64,000 nucleotides of DNA from Promethearchaeia archaeon. GTDB lineage: Archaea; Asgardarchaeota; Lokiarchaeia; Sigyniarchaeales; SOKP01. The position numbers were made by a program, and so were the translations under genes. The stretch is from positions 9,646-73,645 of the forward strand of contig JAHQWP010000193.1 of NCBI GenBank assembly GCA_029856235.1. The letters run 5' to 3'. Below, in pieces: positions 26,880 through 36,635 of this stretch. Within the stretch, counting starts at the first letter, position 1; each line of letters opens with the position of its first letter. The notes beneath the pieces were generated by a model. The model searched no databases and was not told the origin of the DNA. It saw only the letters and a list, made by a program, of their open reading frames with translations.

Positions 26880-28325
26880 TTAAGGTCTCCCCCTCACGGG
26901 TCGACATTTCCAATAATAATTTTTAAATTCAGCACCTTCGTGTTCTTTTCGGAAGGTCAGCTCGAGTTTCATCCCAATTTTGACGTTTTCTTCGGGATTT
27001 TCAATTTCAGTCATATTGACGAGCACTCTACCACCACCATCGAGGTCTATTACGCATCGAGGGACGGGTGTGTTGAGATATGCTCCACCAACTAAGTGAT
27101 CGAGGGTATATGTAAAGAGTTCTCCGGTCTTTGCGAGTTTCACGGGTTCCAGTTGATCATCAGCTCTACAGACGCAACAAGCCCTTGCAAGGTCTGGATA
27201 TTGCACGGCTCCGCAATTCTTGCATTTCACACCATACCACTTATAAACTGAGGGAGTATCACGCCAAATTAAGACAGCTGAGCTTTTACGTGTATATCTG
27301 TCCTTTTTGAGTAATTCTTTAGCATCGATGACGCTATTATAATTCTTTAGAAGAGCCATCGATTTTTGGTGACCAATAAATCCCATTCTTCCTTTACCAA
27401 TAGCTTTAACACCATCTTTATCTCGAACTTGCATTAGAATTGCATCAGCACCATCTCCAAACCCAGCCATGATGATTTTGGCATCTAGTTTGGGCCTTCG
27501 TAAGCTGGCAATGAGGAGCATAAAGGGCATTGGTGTCCCCGTATCTCCTATTTGAAAGAATAGGCTATTTTGTGCAACTCCTTGGCCAAACTTCATTATT
27601 TTAGAGATTCTGCTGTGCATTCGAGGGTTATTATAGTAATAAGCTGCAATATCGATGTCTTCAGTAGGATTTAAATTATTACGTTTCAATATTTCACCCA
27701 TTACTTTGGTGATGCTTTCCACGTAAAACTTTGCGTCCATTTTAACTTCAAAAGTTCTGATAAAGTCGTCCTTATCTGCTCTTTTCCACGGTCCAGTCAC
27801 ATTCGCTGAGACGGAATAATAATCATCAATTGAAATTGGAATATTTTCTTCGTCCGCAACGAGTATGGCAGCAGCACCATCTGCAAATCCAAATTCCCAC
27901 ATAGTTGAGGGTTCTGGTTTTCTAGTATCAGCTGCAACTACCAAGATACTATTGATATCTTTGTTAGCCTTGATCGTATCAACAGCTCTAGTTAAGGCTG
28001 ATGTGCCTGCTTTAGTAGAGTCTGTGAAATCTGCGGTAATGATGTCCTCTCTCATATCGAGTACGGTAGCGATTAATGACGCTGAATCCTTTTCGGTATA
28101 GACCTGTGTTGTTGAAGCAAAGAAGATTCCATCAACCGTTTTTGGGTCAATTCCCGCCAAGCAATCAAGTCCGGCTTCTACGGACATTGTCAAGCTGTCC
28201 TCATCTATCATTGCTACTGCTTTAGTCCCAGGAACTGAAGGAAAATCCCATGCTTTCGAAATAAGTTCTCGGGGTAGCATGTATTTAGGTAAATACGCAC
28301 CATAACTTTTAATACCAATTGGCAT
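26880..28325 (-). CDS. HMG-CoA-synthase-like domain (catalytic residues apparently substituted) fused to a DUF35 zinc-ribbon/OB-fold domain
   Basis: The N-terminal ~345 aa are collinear with archaeal HMGCS (IGIKSYGAYLPKY, DEDSLTM, ILVVAADT, GFADGAAAILV). At the Glu/Cys/His positions I read ASTTQ, DSTKAGT and YYNNPRM. The C-terminal ~130 aa are DUF35: CKNCGAVQYP...CCVCRADD, then an OB-fold (GELFTYT..., VKIGMKLELTF). It ends 15 nt upstream of the thiolase gene. Confidence 0.75.
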   Translation of the reverse strand: MPIGIKSYGAYLPKYMLPRELISKAWDFPSVPGTKAVAMIDEDSLTMSVEAGLDCLAGIDPKTVDGIFFASTTQVYTEKDSASLIATVLDMREDIITADFTDSTKAGTSALTRAVDTIKANKDINSILVVAADTRKPEPSTMWEFGFADGAAAILVADEENIPISIDDYYSVSANVTGPWKRADKDDFIRTFEVKMDAKFYVESITKVMGEILKRNNLNPTEDIDIAAYYYNNPRMHSRISKIMKFGQGVAQNSLFFQIGDTGTPMPFMLLIASLRRPKLDAKIIMAGFGDGADAILMQVRDKDGVKAIGKGRMGFIGHQKSMALLKNYNSVIDAKELLKKDRYTRKSSAVLIWRDTPSVYKWYGVKCKNCGAVQYPDLARACCVCRADDQLEPVKLAKTGELFTYTLDHLVGGAYLNTPVPRCVIDLDGGGRVLVNMTEIENPEENVKIGMKLELTFRKEHEGAEFKNYYWKCRPVRGRP

Positions 28326-28520
28326 ATTAAATTTTTACCTCTTATATCTTATAGTTTTGTTATTTGGATATATATATAATTAGTTATATGAATCTCAATT
28401 CTTGAGATTAAATATATTTTGGTTTTTAATTTCGAGGAAAATTCAATTTAACAATTATGTTCAAAAAGGAAGAGTGTAAAAAATTATCACTATAAGGTAG
28501 AAGGATTAAATTTAAAAAAC

Positions 28521-29006
28521 TCAGTCGTTTTCAAATTTCTTTTCTAGAACGGTAATTATTGGTTTGAATCCGACTTTTCCAAACACATCAATTAATTTTT
28601 TATCTCCTAAATAAGCCATATTAATTCTAACGGCGTCGCAACCCCACGATTTTAATATTTGTATGGCTCGATCTGCGAGGATTTTGCCCACTCCTGCCCC
28701 AATGAATTCCCTCTCAGTAGCCCAATTATTTAGGTATCCAATATACTGTCCTAAGTTGCTTTTTACTGCTTCCAGCATACCCATCGACACAACCTGACCG
28801 GTTTTTTTAAGTTCTGCGATTAACGTTATTCGTTTCAAGTTGGGTTTAAATTGTCGTAATCCTGAAGTTTCTCTCCATTTAGATTCGACGAATCCAATAT
28901 TATATTGGCTTTGGAGTTCTTGTAAAATTTTTAAAGTTGCTTTATAATCAGACGTTCTGTAATTCCTTATTATTATATCTTCTTCTTTTAACTTCTCGCT
29001 AGCCAT
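28521..29006 (-). CDS. GNAT family N-acetyltransferase
   Basis: The 161-aa product has the motif TEREFIGAGVGKILADRAI (an R/Q-x-x-G-x-G/A-like acetyl-CoA site). Confidence 0.7.
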   Translation of the reverse strand: MASEKLKEEDIIIRNYRTSDYKATLKILQELQSQYNIGFVESKWRETSGLRQFKPNLKRITLIAELKKTGQVVSMGMLEAVKSNLGQYIGYLNNWATEREFIGAGVGKILADRAIQILKSWGCDAVRINMAYLGDKKLIDVFGKVGFKPIITVLEKKFEND

Positions 29007-29031
29007 TTACCATACACCATTTCCTTAATAA

Positions 29032-30063
29032 TTATGATTTTTTCAAAAGTTTTAAATCAATCCTTTTTGATAATAACTTCTCGTTCGTTACCTCGTCAAT
29101 AATGAAGAAGAGGTATTCTTCTATGTAGGGAATAATCGGCGAGATAAATACCAATTCTTCTTGAGCATCCCAGGTATCAATTGTTTCAATCATTAATTCT
29201 TTCTCAAAATATTCTTTTAGGTGATTGATTCTTACCACTGACCCCTTGATTGTGTGGAGCGAATTATTCTGGACCAGTATCTCTAGTTCTTGGCTATCTT
29301 CTATGATATTGATTTTAAGAATTATAAAGGGTTTTTTATCTACAAAACTTACTTCTCCTTTTATGTTAGGGTCAAATAATTGAATGTTTGAGAAGGTCCC
29401 GTTATAATCTTTACCATAAATATGCGATACATCTATGCCTTTGAAGGCCAAATATGCTATAGCTTTTTGCATTCTTATCGAAGTGGTATCAGAATTCCTT
29501 ATCACATCAGAAAAAAAAGTATTCGTGATTTTTTCAATTGAATTTCTAAGTTCTTTCTTAATAGATACCCCTTTTTCTATGCGTTTCTTAATTTTAGGAG
29601 ATTTAATTACCTCTTCCTTTAAGATCTCAGATTCTATTATTTCAAACAGTTTGTCTTCATATTTATCTTTCACTTCTTGGGTCAAAATTCTAATAAGCTC
29701 GTCGCCAAAAAGTTCAATCTTGTTTGGTAAAGATACTATTATCACTATCGTTTCAGGAGTTTCCTCTTCGAGTCCAGACCTTCTTTTCTCTCTGTTAGAT
29801 TTAGTTAAAAATTTCTTGCCAAAGAAAGTAAAACCTTTAAATTCAAGGTCTATATGATCTAAAGCATCTGATTCATCCAAGCTTAAAAACCAAATTGGAT
29901 GATATTTAATTGGACGCATGAATGCTTTATCGTTTTTGTATTTTTCTTCGGGGAAAATAAGTAATGGCATATGACCTTGAGCTTCGTCAAAATATAACAC
30001 ATAGACTACAGCTAATTCTTCAAGAGGATTTTTTACCGATGACGAATCAAACAAATCACCCAA
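29032..30063 (-). CDS. Hypothetical protein whose N-terminal ~130 aa have a longin/uDENN-like alternation pattern (speculative)
   Basis: It is a long intact ORF of 343 aa. See the findings for the N-terminal pattern. I recognise no enzymatic motif. Confidence 0.45.
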   Translation of the reverse strand: MGDLFDSSSVKNPLEELAVVYVLYFDEAQGHMPLLIFPEEKYKNDKAFMRPIKYHPIWFLSLDESDALDHIDLEFKGFTFFGKKFLTKSNREKRRSGLEEETPETIVIIVSLPNKIELFGDELIRILTQEVKDKYEDKLFEIIESEILKEEVIKSPKIKKRIEKGVSIKKELRNSIEKITNTFFSDVIRNSDTTSIRMQKAIAYLAFKGIDVSHIYGKDYNGTFSNIQLFDPNIKGEVSFVDKKPFIILKINIIEDSQELEILVQNNSLHTIKGSVVRINHLKEYFEKELMIETIDTWDAQEELVFISPIIPYIEEYLFFIIDEVTNEKLLSKRIDLKLLKKS

Positions 30064-30183
30064 AACCTTACCCTTCCAACCAATTTTTTCTGAAATATAC
30101 TATAGATTTAAATAATTCTTTGTCTAAAAAGTTTAATTAAAAAATATGTATTATAATTAATATCATTTTTGAAGTGAGTATTT

Positions 30184-31275
30184 ATGCAAATAACAGATAT
30201 CAAAACATATGTTTTAAAAATGGATTTTAAAGTTAAAATTGGAAGTATGCCGAGACTTCAAGCTAGTGGTGTTTATACAAATCTCAAGACAGACGAAGGA
30301 ATTGATGGATGGGCCTTAACCCATTGGAATCTGAGCAACCTCGCACAAAAGCAGTTTATAGACGAAGCCTTAAGAAAGCTGGTTTTAAATAAGGATCCAT
30401 TTATGGTTGAGGAAATCTTTCACGAAGTATATCAAAACACTAATAGAATTTTGTTTGGAATACCACAAGCTACTTCTGCTATACAGATTGCGTGTTGGGA
30501 TATAATGGGAAAAGCAACTAACCAACCGATTTATAAATTACTCGGTGGTCGTAAGAGAGAGGTTAAGTGTTATGCTTCTATTCTACGCGGGTATAAACCA
30601 AAACCTGCTGTAAAAACCGTTGAGAATGCTGTGAATCCCGAATTGGGAGGGTTTAAAGCAGTGAAATTACGTATAGGAATGGGGGTAGATCAAGACGCAG
30701 CAATTTTGAAGGAAGTTAGAGATGTTTTTCCAGATATCGATATTATGGTTGACGCAAATTCTGCTTATCAATCTGTTAACGACGCTTTGAAAGTAGCAAA
30801 AATTTGTGATAAGTACGATGTTTTATGGTTAGAAGAACCTATACCGACAGATAACTTGAACGGATTAGCAAAGATAAGAGCAAATTCTCCAGTACAAATA
30901 GCTGGTGGTGAAAATGATATGGGTATTTTTCGATTTGAAGACATTCTCTCGCGAGATTGTTTTGATATAATACAACCAGACGTTACCAGATGCGGTGGAT
31001 TTTTACAATTGAAAAAGATCGATGCTATGGCAGAAGTAAAAGGAGTTCAATGTATACCCCACATTTTTGGATTTGGACATATTTTAGCGGCTAATTTGCA
31101 CTTTATCATGGCTTCACGATGTGAATGGTGTGAGTTTCCTTTTTATCCAGAGGAATTCCAATTATTTGAGGAACCAATAAGGATTAAGAATGGAAAAGTG
31201 AAAGCCTTAGAGAAACCTGGGTTAGGTGTAGAGATTGATAAAGAAATGTTTGAAAAAAATGTTTTAAAAACTTAA
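30184..31275 (+). CDS. Enolase-superfamily enzyme (mandelate racemase/muconate lactonizing enzyme family)
   Basis: FKAVKLRIG, IMVDANSAY, LWLEEP, AGGEN and IIQPD mark the metal-ligand and catalytic positions of MR/MLE enzymes. Confidence 0.85.
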   Translation: MQITDIKTYVLKMDFKVKIGSMPRLQASGVYTNLKTDEGIDGWALTHWNLSNLAQKQFIDEALRKLVLNKDPFMVEEIFHEVYQNTNRILFGIPQATSAIQIACWDIMGKATNQPIYKLLGGRKREVKCYASILRGYKPKPAVKTVENAVNPELGGFKAVKLRIGMGVDQDAAILKEVRDVFPDIDIMVDANSAYQSVNDALKVAKICDKYDVLWLEEPIPTDNLNGLAKIRANSPVQIAGGENDMGIFRFEDILSRDCFDIIQPDVTRCGGFLQLKKIDAMAEVKGVQCIPHIFGFGHILAANLHFIMASRCEWCEFPFYPEEFQLFEEPIRIKNGKVKALEKPGLGVEIDKEMFEKNVLKT

Positions 31276-31294
31276 CAAATGTTTTTTTAATAGT

Positions 31295-31325
31295 ATTTTC
31301 ATTGAAATCAGACGCTGAATTTACC
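31295..31325. repeat. 31-nt perfect direct repeat, copy 1 (ATTTTCATTGAAATCAGACGCTGAATTTACC)
   Basis: It is identical to 32561-32591, read directly from the sequence. It contains a small imperfect hairpin, AAATCAG-acg-CTGAATTT. Confidence 0.9.
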
Positions 31326-31399
31326 CTTCATGAAAAATATGTAAAAATCGAGCTTTAAAAGATTTAAAATCAGTCTTATTAACATCAGATTAAAGTTTA

Positions 31400-32326
31400 T
31401 CACATTATTTCTCTGCTAAAAATGTGAATAGGATCCTCAATGTCAGGACTTTCTATTACTATAACCATTTTATTGATACCTAAATTTTCAGCTTCTTTTA
31501 TTTTTTCTTTAATCTCTTCAGGAGTTCCTATGAATAGATATTTCATATCAGATTTTAAGATATTCCTTTCTTTTCTTATCCTTTCAACTGTTTCTTGACT
31601 GCTTACTATTGTAAAATTTGTGAAAAGAGAGATCTCAAACTCAGAAGGATCGCGGTTGTATTTTCTTACTTTTTCTTTAACTAGTGAAATATTCTCCATT
31701 CTCTTTTTCTGTTGCGAAAGTTCAAATGAAGCTAGATTTATTCCATCAGCTTCTCGGCATGCAATATCAATCATCCTCTTACCATTTGTCCCTATAACTA
31801 GTTGTGGGTAAGGTTTCTGGATTGACTTAGGAAAGTTCCGATGTTTTTCAAGTTTCCAAAATCTTCCATCAAAGTTTGTTTCATCTTCCGTAAATATCTT
31901 CTTATAGATAGTCAATGATTCCTCAAACTCATCAACTCTTCTTTTAGGAGAATGAAAAGGGTAACCATATGCCTTATATTCTTCCTCATACCAACCTGCT
32001 CCTAACCACATTAAAACTCGACCATTAGAAATGTGATCCAAAGTCAATATCATTTTTGCTAAATAAGCGGGATTACGAAAAGAGTTACACAATACAATTT
32101 GCCCTAATTTTATATTATTTGTTTCTACTGCTAAGGCTCCCAATAGCGTCATAACCTCTAAAAACGTTTCTTTTTTTTCTTGAGTTTCATCAAAACCTAG
32201 TAAATGGTCGGTAACATGAATAGAATCAAAATCTAAGTTTTCAATTCTTAATGTTAAGTCTCTAATTTCAGAATATGTACGAGAAGAAGGATTTCTTACA
32301 CAATAACCAAACTTCATAGTATTCAA
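31400..32326 (-). CDS. LLM-class (luciferase-like) flavin/F420-dependent oxidoreductase
   Basis: SIHVTDHL, LGAGWYEEEYKAYGYPF and the TIM-barrel length (308 aa) are typical of LLM-class oxidoreductases. Confidence 0.8.
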   Translation of the reverse strand: MNTMKFGYCVRNPSSRTYSEIRDLTLRIENLDFDSIHVTDHLLGFDETQEKKETFLEVMTLLGALAVETNNIKLGQIVLCNSFRNPAYLAKMILTLDHISNGRVLMWLGAGWYEEEYKAYGYPFHSPKRRVDEFEESLTIYKKIFTEDETNFDGRFWKLEKHRNFPKSIQKPYPQLVIGTNGKRMIDIACREADGINLASFELSQQKKRMENISLVKEKVRKYNRDPSEFEISLFTNFTIVSSQETVERIRKERNILKSDMKYLFIGTPEEIKEKIKEAENLGINKMVIVIESPDIEDPIHIFSREIM

Positions 32327-32560
32327 AAAATAGTGACTATTTTAAGTTTTGTTATTTTTGTTAAAAAATTCTTTCCCTTTTTTATTAAATAGAACTTGGT
32401 AAAAAATGCAGTAAAATTCCTGAAAATTCTTCAATTCTATAAAAAAGTTTTTACTTTCTCATTTATCAAAAGTTCAGATAATTAAGGACAGATAGCAAGT
32501 AGGTTCAAATTCCTCATTTTTAATAAATTGACAGAAGTTCAATATTGTAACTTTCACTAA

Positions 32561-32591
32561 ATTTTCATTGAAATCAGACGCTGAATTTACC
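32561..32591. repeat. 31-nt perfect direct repeat, copy 2
   Basis: It is identical to 31295-31325. Together the two copies bracket the LLM oxidoreductase gene and about 230 bp of non-coding DNA. Confidence 0.9.
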
Positions 32592-32735
32592 TTTCTAATA
32601 ATTATCAAATTTTTTAATTGATTAATGAAGAAAAGAAAAAATAATTGTAAAAAATAGGTAATTTATTTGCTCCCATATATCCCAAAAATATCAAAGGAAA
32701 ATAATAAGAATTCATATATTCAAGTTTAACTTCTT

Positions 32736-33200
32736 TTATAGGTTCTGCTTCAGGTTCTGAGCAAACTCCTCCGCATGTTTGAGGTCTTCAGCGTTAGGTC
32801 TACCTTTATTCATACCCCCGAAATATTTCATGAAACTATTAGTATTAAAACCTTTACACGCAAATTCATCAATTATCGTGTAACCTTTCGATTGCAATTT
32901 TTCCCTTAACAGCGAGTGATCTTCGGCGACTTTAGCTTTTCCCATCATTGCACTTGTAGAAAAAATGAATGCTTTCTTGTCGGTGACAGGTGATAGTTTA
33001 TCGGCAAGGTCAAGCAGAGATTCATGGTGTTTTGCACCATATATCCCCGAGCCAATTCCTACTAGACCATAATCTTGAAGTTCTTTAGGGTTTATTTGCT
33101 GTGGTGTTTTTATTTGTGCATCAAGAACTTTTGCGAAGACCTTAGCGATTTTCTCAGTATTTTTGTGATGATATGAAAGTAAAACCAATAGAGATTTCAT
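32736..33200 (-). CDS. Flavodoxin-family protein
   Basis: The 154-aa product has an N-terminal LVLLSYHHKNTEKIA (FMN phosphate loop-like) and GIGSGIYG. Confidence 0.65.
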   Translation of the reverse strand: MKSLLVLLSYHHKNTEKIAKVFAKVLDAQIKTPQQINPKELQDYGLVGIGSGIYGAKHHESLLDLADKLSPVTDKKAFIFSTSAMMGKAKVAEDHSLLREKLQSKGYTIIDEFACKGFNTNSFMKYFGGMNKGRPNAEDLKHAEEFAQNLKQNL

Positions 33201-33433
33201 TGGTAGTCTAGCATTCTCTTATATTTAAGTCTTGTTTTTATTCTATTTCTACGAATCCTACATTTTTTAACTTATTTTACAACAAACAGAGCCTCGATTT
33301 CAATGATTTATCATTGTTTCAATAACTTTTTGTTTAGTACATCAGTTTTAATAATATAATACAAAATAACTTATTTAGCAGTAATAGATTTAATGTAACA
33401 TTAGACAAATGAGATTTGGAGCTCTTTTAATAC

Positions 33434-36400
33434 ATGAAATTTGGTAGTAAGCTAGAATTGAGTTTTATCCCCTCTTCCTATTGGAATGAGCCCTTAAGTG
33501 GATTCAAATTAAGTTCCGAAGGACCAGATTTGCCTAAAGATTCTAATTTTTTTGTTTTATGGATTCCTTCAAATAACTCAGAAGACATTCTTTCGAAGCA
33601 CATAACTGAAATCTTTCCAAGGATACCTGTTAACAAGCTTATTAGCTGCAATATAAACTTGGCATTTCCTCCCTTGGAAATAGCAGATAATTCTCAAGAG
33701 AAGATTTCGTTAAATTTCTATGAAATATCATTGTGCATAGCAAAGATCATACCTATTGGTCCTGCTGTTAAGTTACTTTTTCAAATGGAAATTGTAGATA
33801 ATGTCGATCGTGGGATAAAGCATTACAGCAATTCAATTAAGACTTGGTCTTTTCTAACAAAATTAGTGTTCGAACTATTGAACAAAGGGCAGTTCATTCC
33901 TAGCTTGGAAACTAAAAACAATAAAGGGTATAATGGCAAGTGGAATTTACTACTAAAATCTCAAAACGATAAAGATCGACTTCAAACAATATTGAAAAGA
34001 GCTTCTTGGTCGGCTTTTTGTATTCCCATAAATTTCATTCAATTTAATGGGGGATACAAAACTAATGGATTATGGCACCCATCCTATTTATTTTCATTCT
34101 TTATAGATACTATTGGAGATTATCTGATACGATCAACATTAAATAAAATGAAGTTCCGTACTTTTAACGAATTTTATAGTAAAGAATTAAAAAAAGAGGA
34201 CAGTTCAGACTATAGGCCAGGTTGGGATTATAAATTTCTTAAATCCCTTATTACGAAGGATTCGAATTTTAAAATACAATCATTCCATGAAACTATTTTA
34301 CCAGCGTTGATTAAAAATTGGACTCAATCAGCGAGAGGATTTACGTTAAAGCATGGTTTTGTATTCAACTTAGAGTTAAAGTATCCAAAAACTCCAAAAA
34401 ACGATTGGCTGTTAGTTTTTTATGTTTCTTTTCAAGATGGAGCACAAAATATTCCTTTACACGAACTATGGGAAGAAAACAACCAAAAGAAACTAGAAAA
34501 GCTAAAGATCATTGATAGCAAAGGGGAATTTTTAGAGATAATTTTAAGAGCTATTGGTACAGCTTCAAAAGTTTTCCCCCCCATAAAAAGAGCTTTAGTA
34601 GAAAATCTTCAAGATGAAATTTCTCTTACTTCATCTGAAGTCATTGATTTTCTAAAATACCCTAAAGATTTATTAATACAAAGTGGATTTAACGTTATTC
34701 TCCCGGAAGTCTTCAGAAGAGATGGAAAACAGAGGTTATCAGCTAAACTCATTATTCGTTCAAACAGTAGTATTAAAACAAAAGAAGGTGTTTTCCAAAG
34801 TTTGCCTTCAATCTTCGATGTCCATTCAATGCTTGATTTCAAATGGGAAGCAACAATCGAAGGAAAAAGTATTTCGGATGAAGCATTTAAAGATTTAATC
34901 AATTTAGATGAATCTTTAATTAACATGGACGGAAAATGGATCTTAGTAGATCCACAATCAATAGCAGATTTTAAACAATCAAAAACCCCCGAGTTTGAAA
35001 ACTACATGGATGTGCTTAAAGTTGGTTTGCTCGGGAAGATACAATTACGGGAAAATGGTACTGAATACGATGTGATTATCGAAGGAGAATTCAACGATAT
35101 TATCAGTAATTTACAGTCAGTAAAATCTTTTGAAGATATTCCATGCCCATCATCATTTAACGGCACTTTAAGAGATTATCAACAAGAAGGTCTCACATGG
35201 ATGGGCAACATGACAAAGTTCAATTTTGGATTATGCTTAGCAGATGATATGGGTCTTGGTAAAACTATTCAGGTGATCGCCTTTCTATGCTATCTTAAGA
35301 AAAATTATCCTGAAAAGCCTGGAAGCGTAATCGTTGTATGCCCAACCTCAATTTTATTTAATTGGCATCGAGAAATAAAGAAGTTTGCCCCCGATTTAGA
35401 CGTATTGCTCCATTACGGACCTTCTCGGATTAAGGACGCATCAGACATACCAGAAATTATTAAACCACACAGAATTATCCTCACATCTTATGGAACGCTA
35501 AGAAACGATATTGATTTATTGGAATCCATCAATTTTAGCGGAATCATCGTTGATGAAAGCCAAAATATAAAAAATTATACTTCACAACAGTCTAAAGCTA
35601 TAAATAAGCTCAGAGGGCAATTCAAAATCTGTCTAAGCGGCACTCCAATTGAGAATCGTTTGCTCGAATTATGGTCACTTTTTAATTTCTTAAATATTGG
35701 TCTTCTAGGGAAGAGAAAGGAGTTTCATAACAGATATATCATCCCAATTGAACGCTTTCAAAATCAAGATGCCATTGAGAAATTAAGGTTAATCATTGCG
35801 CCTTTCATCTTACGGCGCGTAAAATCTGATAAGACCGTCATTAAAGATCTACCTGATAAAAACGAAATGAAAATTATCGTCGATTTAAGCGAAACGCAAG
35901 TTAAATTATACAGAGAACTCGTAGATAACACTCTGAAAGATATTGCCGATATGTCTTCAGATAAAAGAAAAAAGAGGGGAATAGTCCTAGCTCTATTAGT
36001 AAAACTAAAACAGATTTGTAATCATCCTTCTCAATACCTGAAACTTGATATGGAATCATTAGAATTAGAGAATAATTTGCAAGAATTCGTATCTCAATCA
36101 CAAAAGCTAGAACGACTGATCGAAATGACCGATGAGGTTCTACTGAACGGAGAAAAAGTTTTAATATTTACTCAATTCACGCAAATGGGAGACATTCTAA
36201 AAAGTGTCCTTGAACAGAAATACAACTTTGAGATTCTCTACTTCCATGGAGGGGTACCAGAAAATAAAAGAAGGGAAATCATTGATCAGTTTCAATCAAA
36301 CGATTTAGAAAGCCCTCCAATATTAATTTTATCGTTAAGAGCCGGTGGAACGGGGTTAAACCTTACTCAGGGAACAACAGTTATACATATAGATAGGTGG

Positions 36401-36631
36401 TGGAATCCCGCAGTAGAAGACCAAGCAACAGATAGAGCTTATCGAATTGGTCAAAAATCGATTGTAAATGTGTATAAATTTATTACAAAAGGAACAATTG
36501 AAGAAAAAATCGACAATCTTTTGGAAGAAAAGCGCGAATTGGCTGATGCGATTGTAGCTTCTACAGGAGAATCTTGGATTTCAGACTTAAATGATGATAA
36601 ATTACGGAATTTGTTAAATTTAGGTGATTGA
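33434..36631 (+). CDS. SNF2-family helicase/ATPase with a ~560-aa N-terminal extension
   Basis: The helicase motifs are LADDMGLGKT (I), IIVDESQNIKN (II), LSGTPIENRL (III), LRAGGTGLNLT (V) and DRWWNPAVEDQATDRAYRIGQ (VI). Confidence 0.9.
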   Translation: MKFGSKLELSFIPSSYWNEPLSGFKLSSEGPDLPKDSNFFVLWIPSNNSEDILSKHITEIFPRIPVNKLISCNINLAFPPLEIADNSQEKISLNFYEISLCIAKIIPIGPAVKLLFQMEIVDNVDRGIKHYSNSIKTWSFLTKLVFELLNKGQFIPSLETKNNKGYNGKWNLLLKSQNDKDRLQTILKRASWSAFCIPINFIQFNGGYKTNGLWHPSYLFSFFIDTIGDYLIRSTLNKMKFRTFNEFYSKELKKEDSSDYRPGWDYKFLKSLITKDSNFKIQSFHETILPALIKNWTQSARGFTLKHGFVFNLELKYPKTPKNDWLLVFYVSFQDGAQNIPLHELWEENNQKKLEKLKIIDSKGEFLEIILRAIGTASKVFPPIKRALVENLQDEISLTSSEVIDFLKYPKDLLIQSGFNVILPEVFRRDGKQRLSAKLIIRSNSSIKTKEGVFQSLPSIFDVHSMLDFKWEATIEGKSISDEAFKDLINLDESLINMDGKWILVDPQSIADFKQSKTPEFENYMDVLKVGLLGKIQLRENGTEYDVIIEGEFNDIISNLQSVKSFEDIPCPSSFNGTLRDYQQEGLTWMGNMTKFNFGLCLADDMGLGKTIQVIAFLCYLKKNYPEKPGSVIVVCPTSILFNWHREIKKFAPDLDVLLHYGPSRIKDASDIPEIIKPHRIILTSYGTLRNDIDLLESINFSGIIVDESQNIKNYTSQQSKAINKLRGQFKICLSGTPIENRLLELWSLFNFLNIGLLGKRKEFHNRYIIPIERFQNQDAIEKLRLIIAPFILRRVKSDKTVIKDLPDKNEMKIIVDLSETQVKLYRELVDNTLKDIADMSSDKRKKRGIVLALLVKLKQICNHPSQYLKLDMESLELENNLQEFVSQSQKLERLIEMTDEVLLNGEKVLIFTQFTQMGDILKSVLEQKYNFEILYFHGGVPENKRREIIDQFQSNDLESPPILILSLRAGGTGLNLTQGTTVIHIDRWWNPAVEDQATDRAYRIGQKSIVNVYKFITKGTIEEKIDNLLEEKRELADAIVASTGESWISDLNDDKLRNLLNLGD

Positions 36632-36635
36632 ATAG

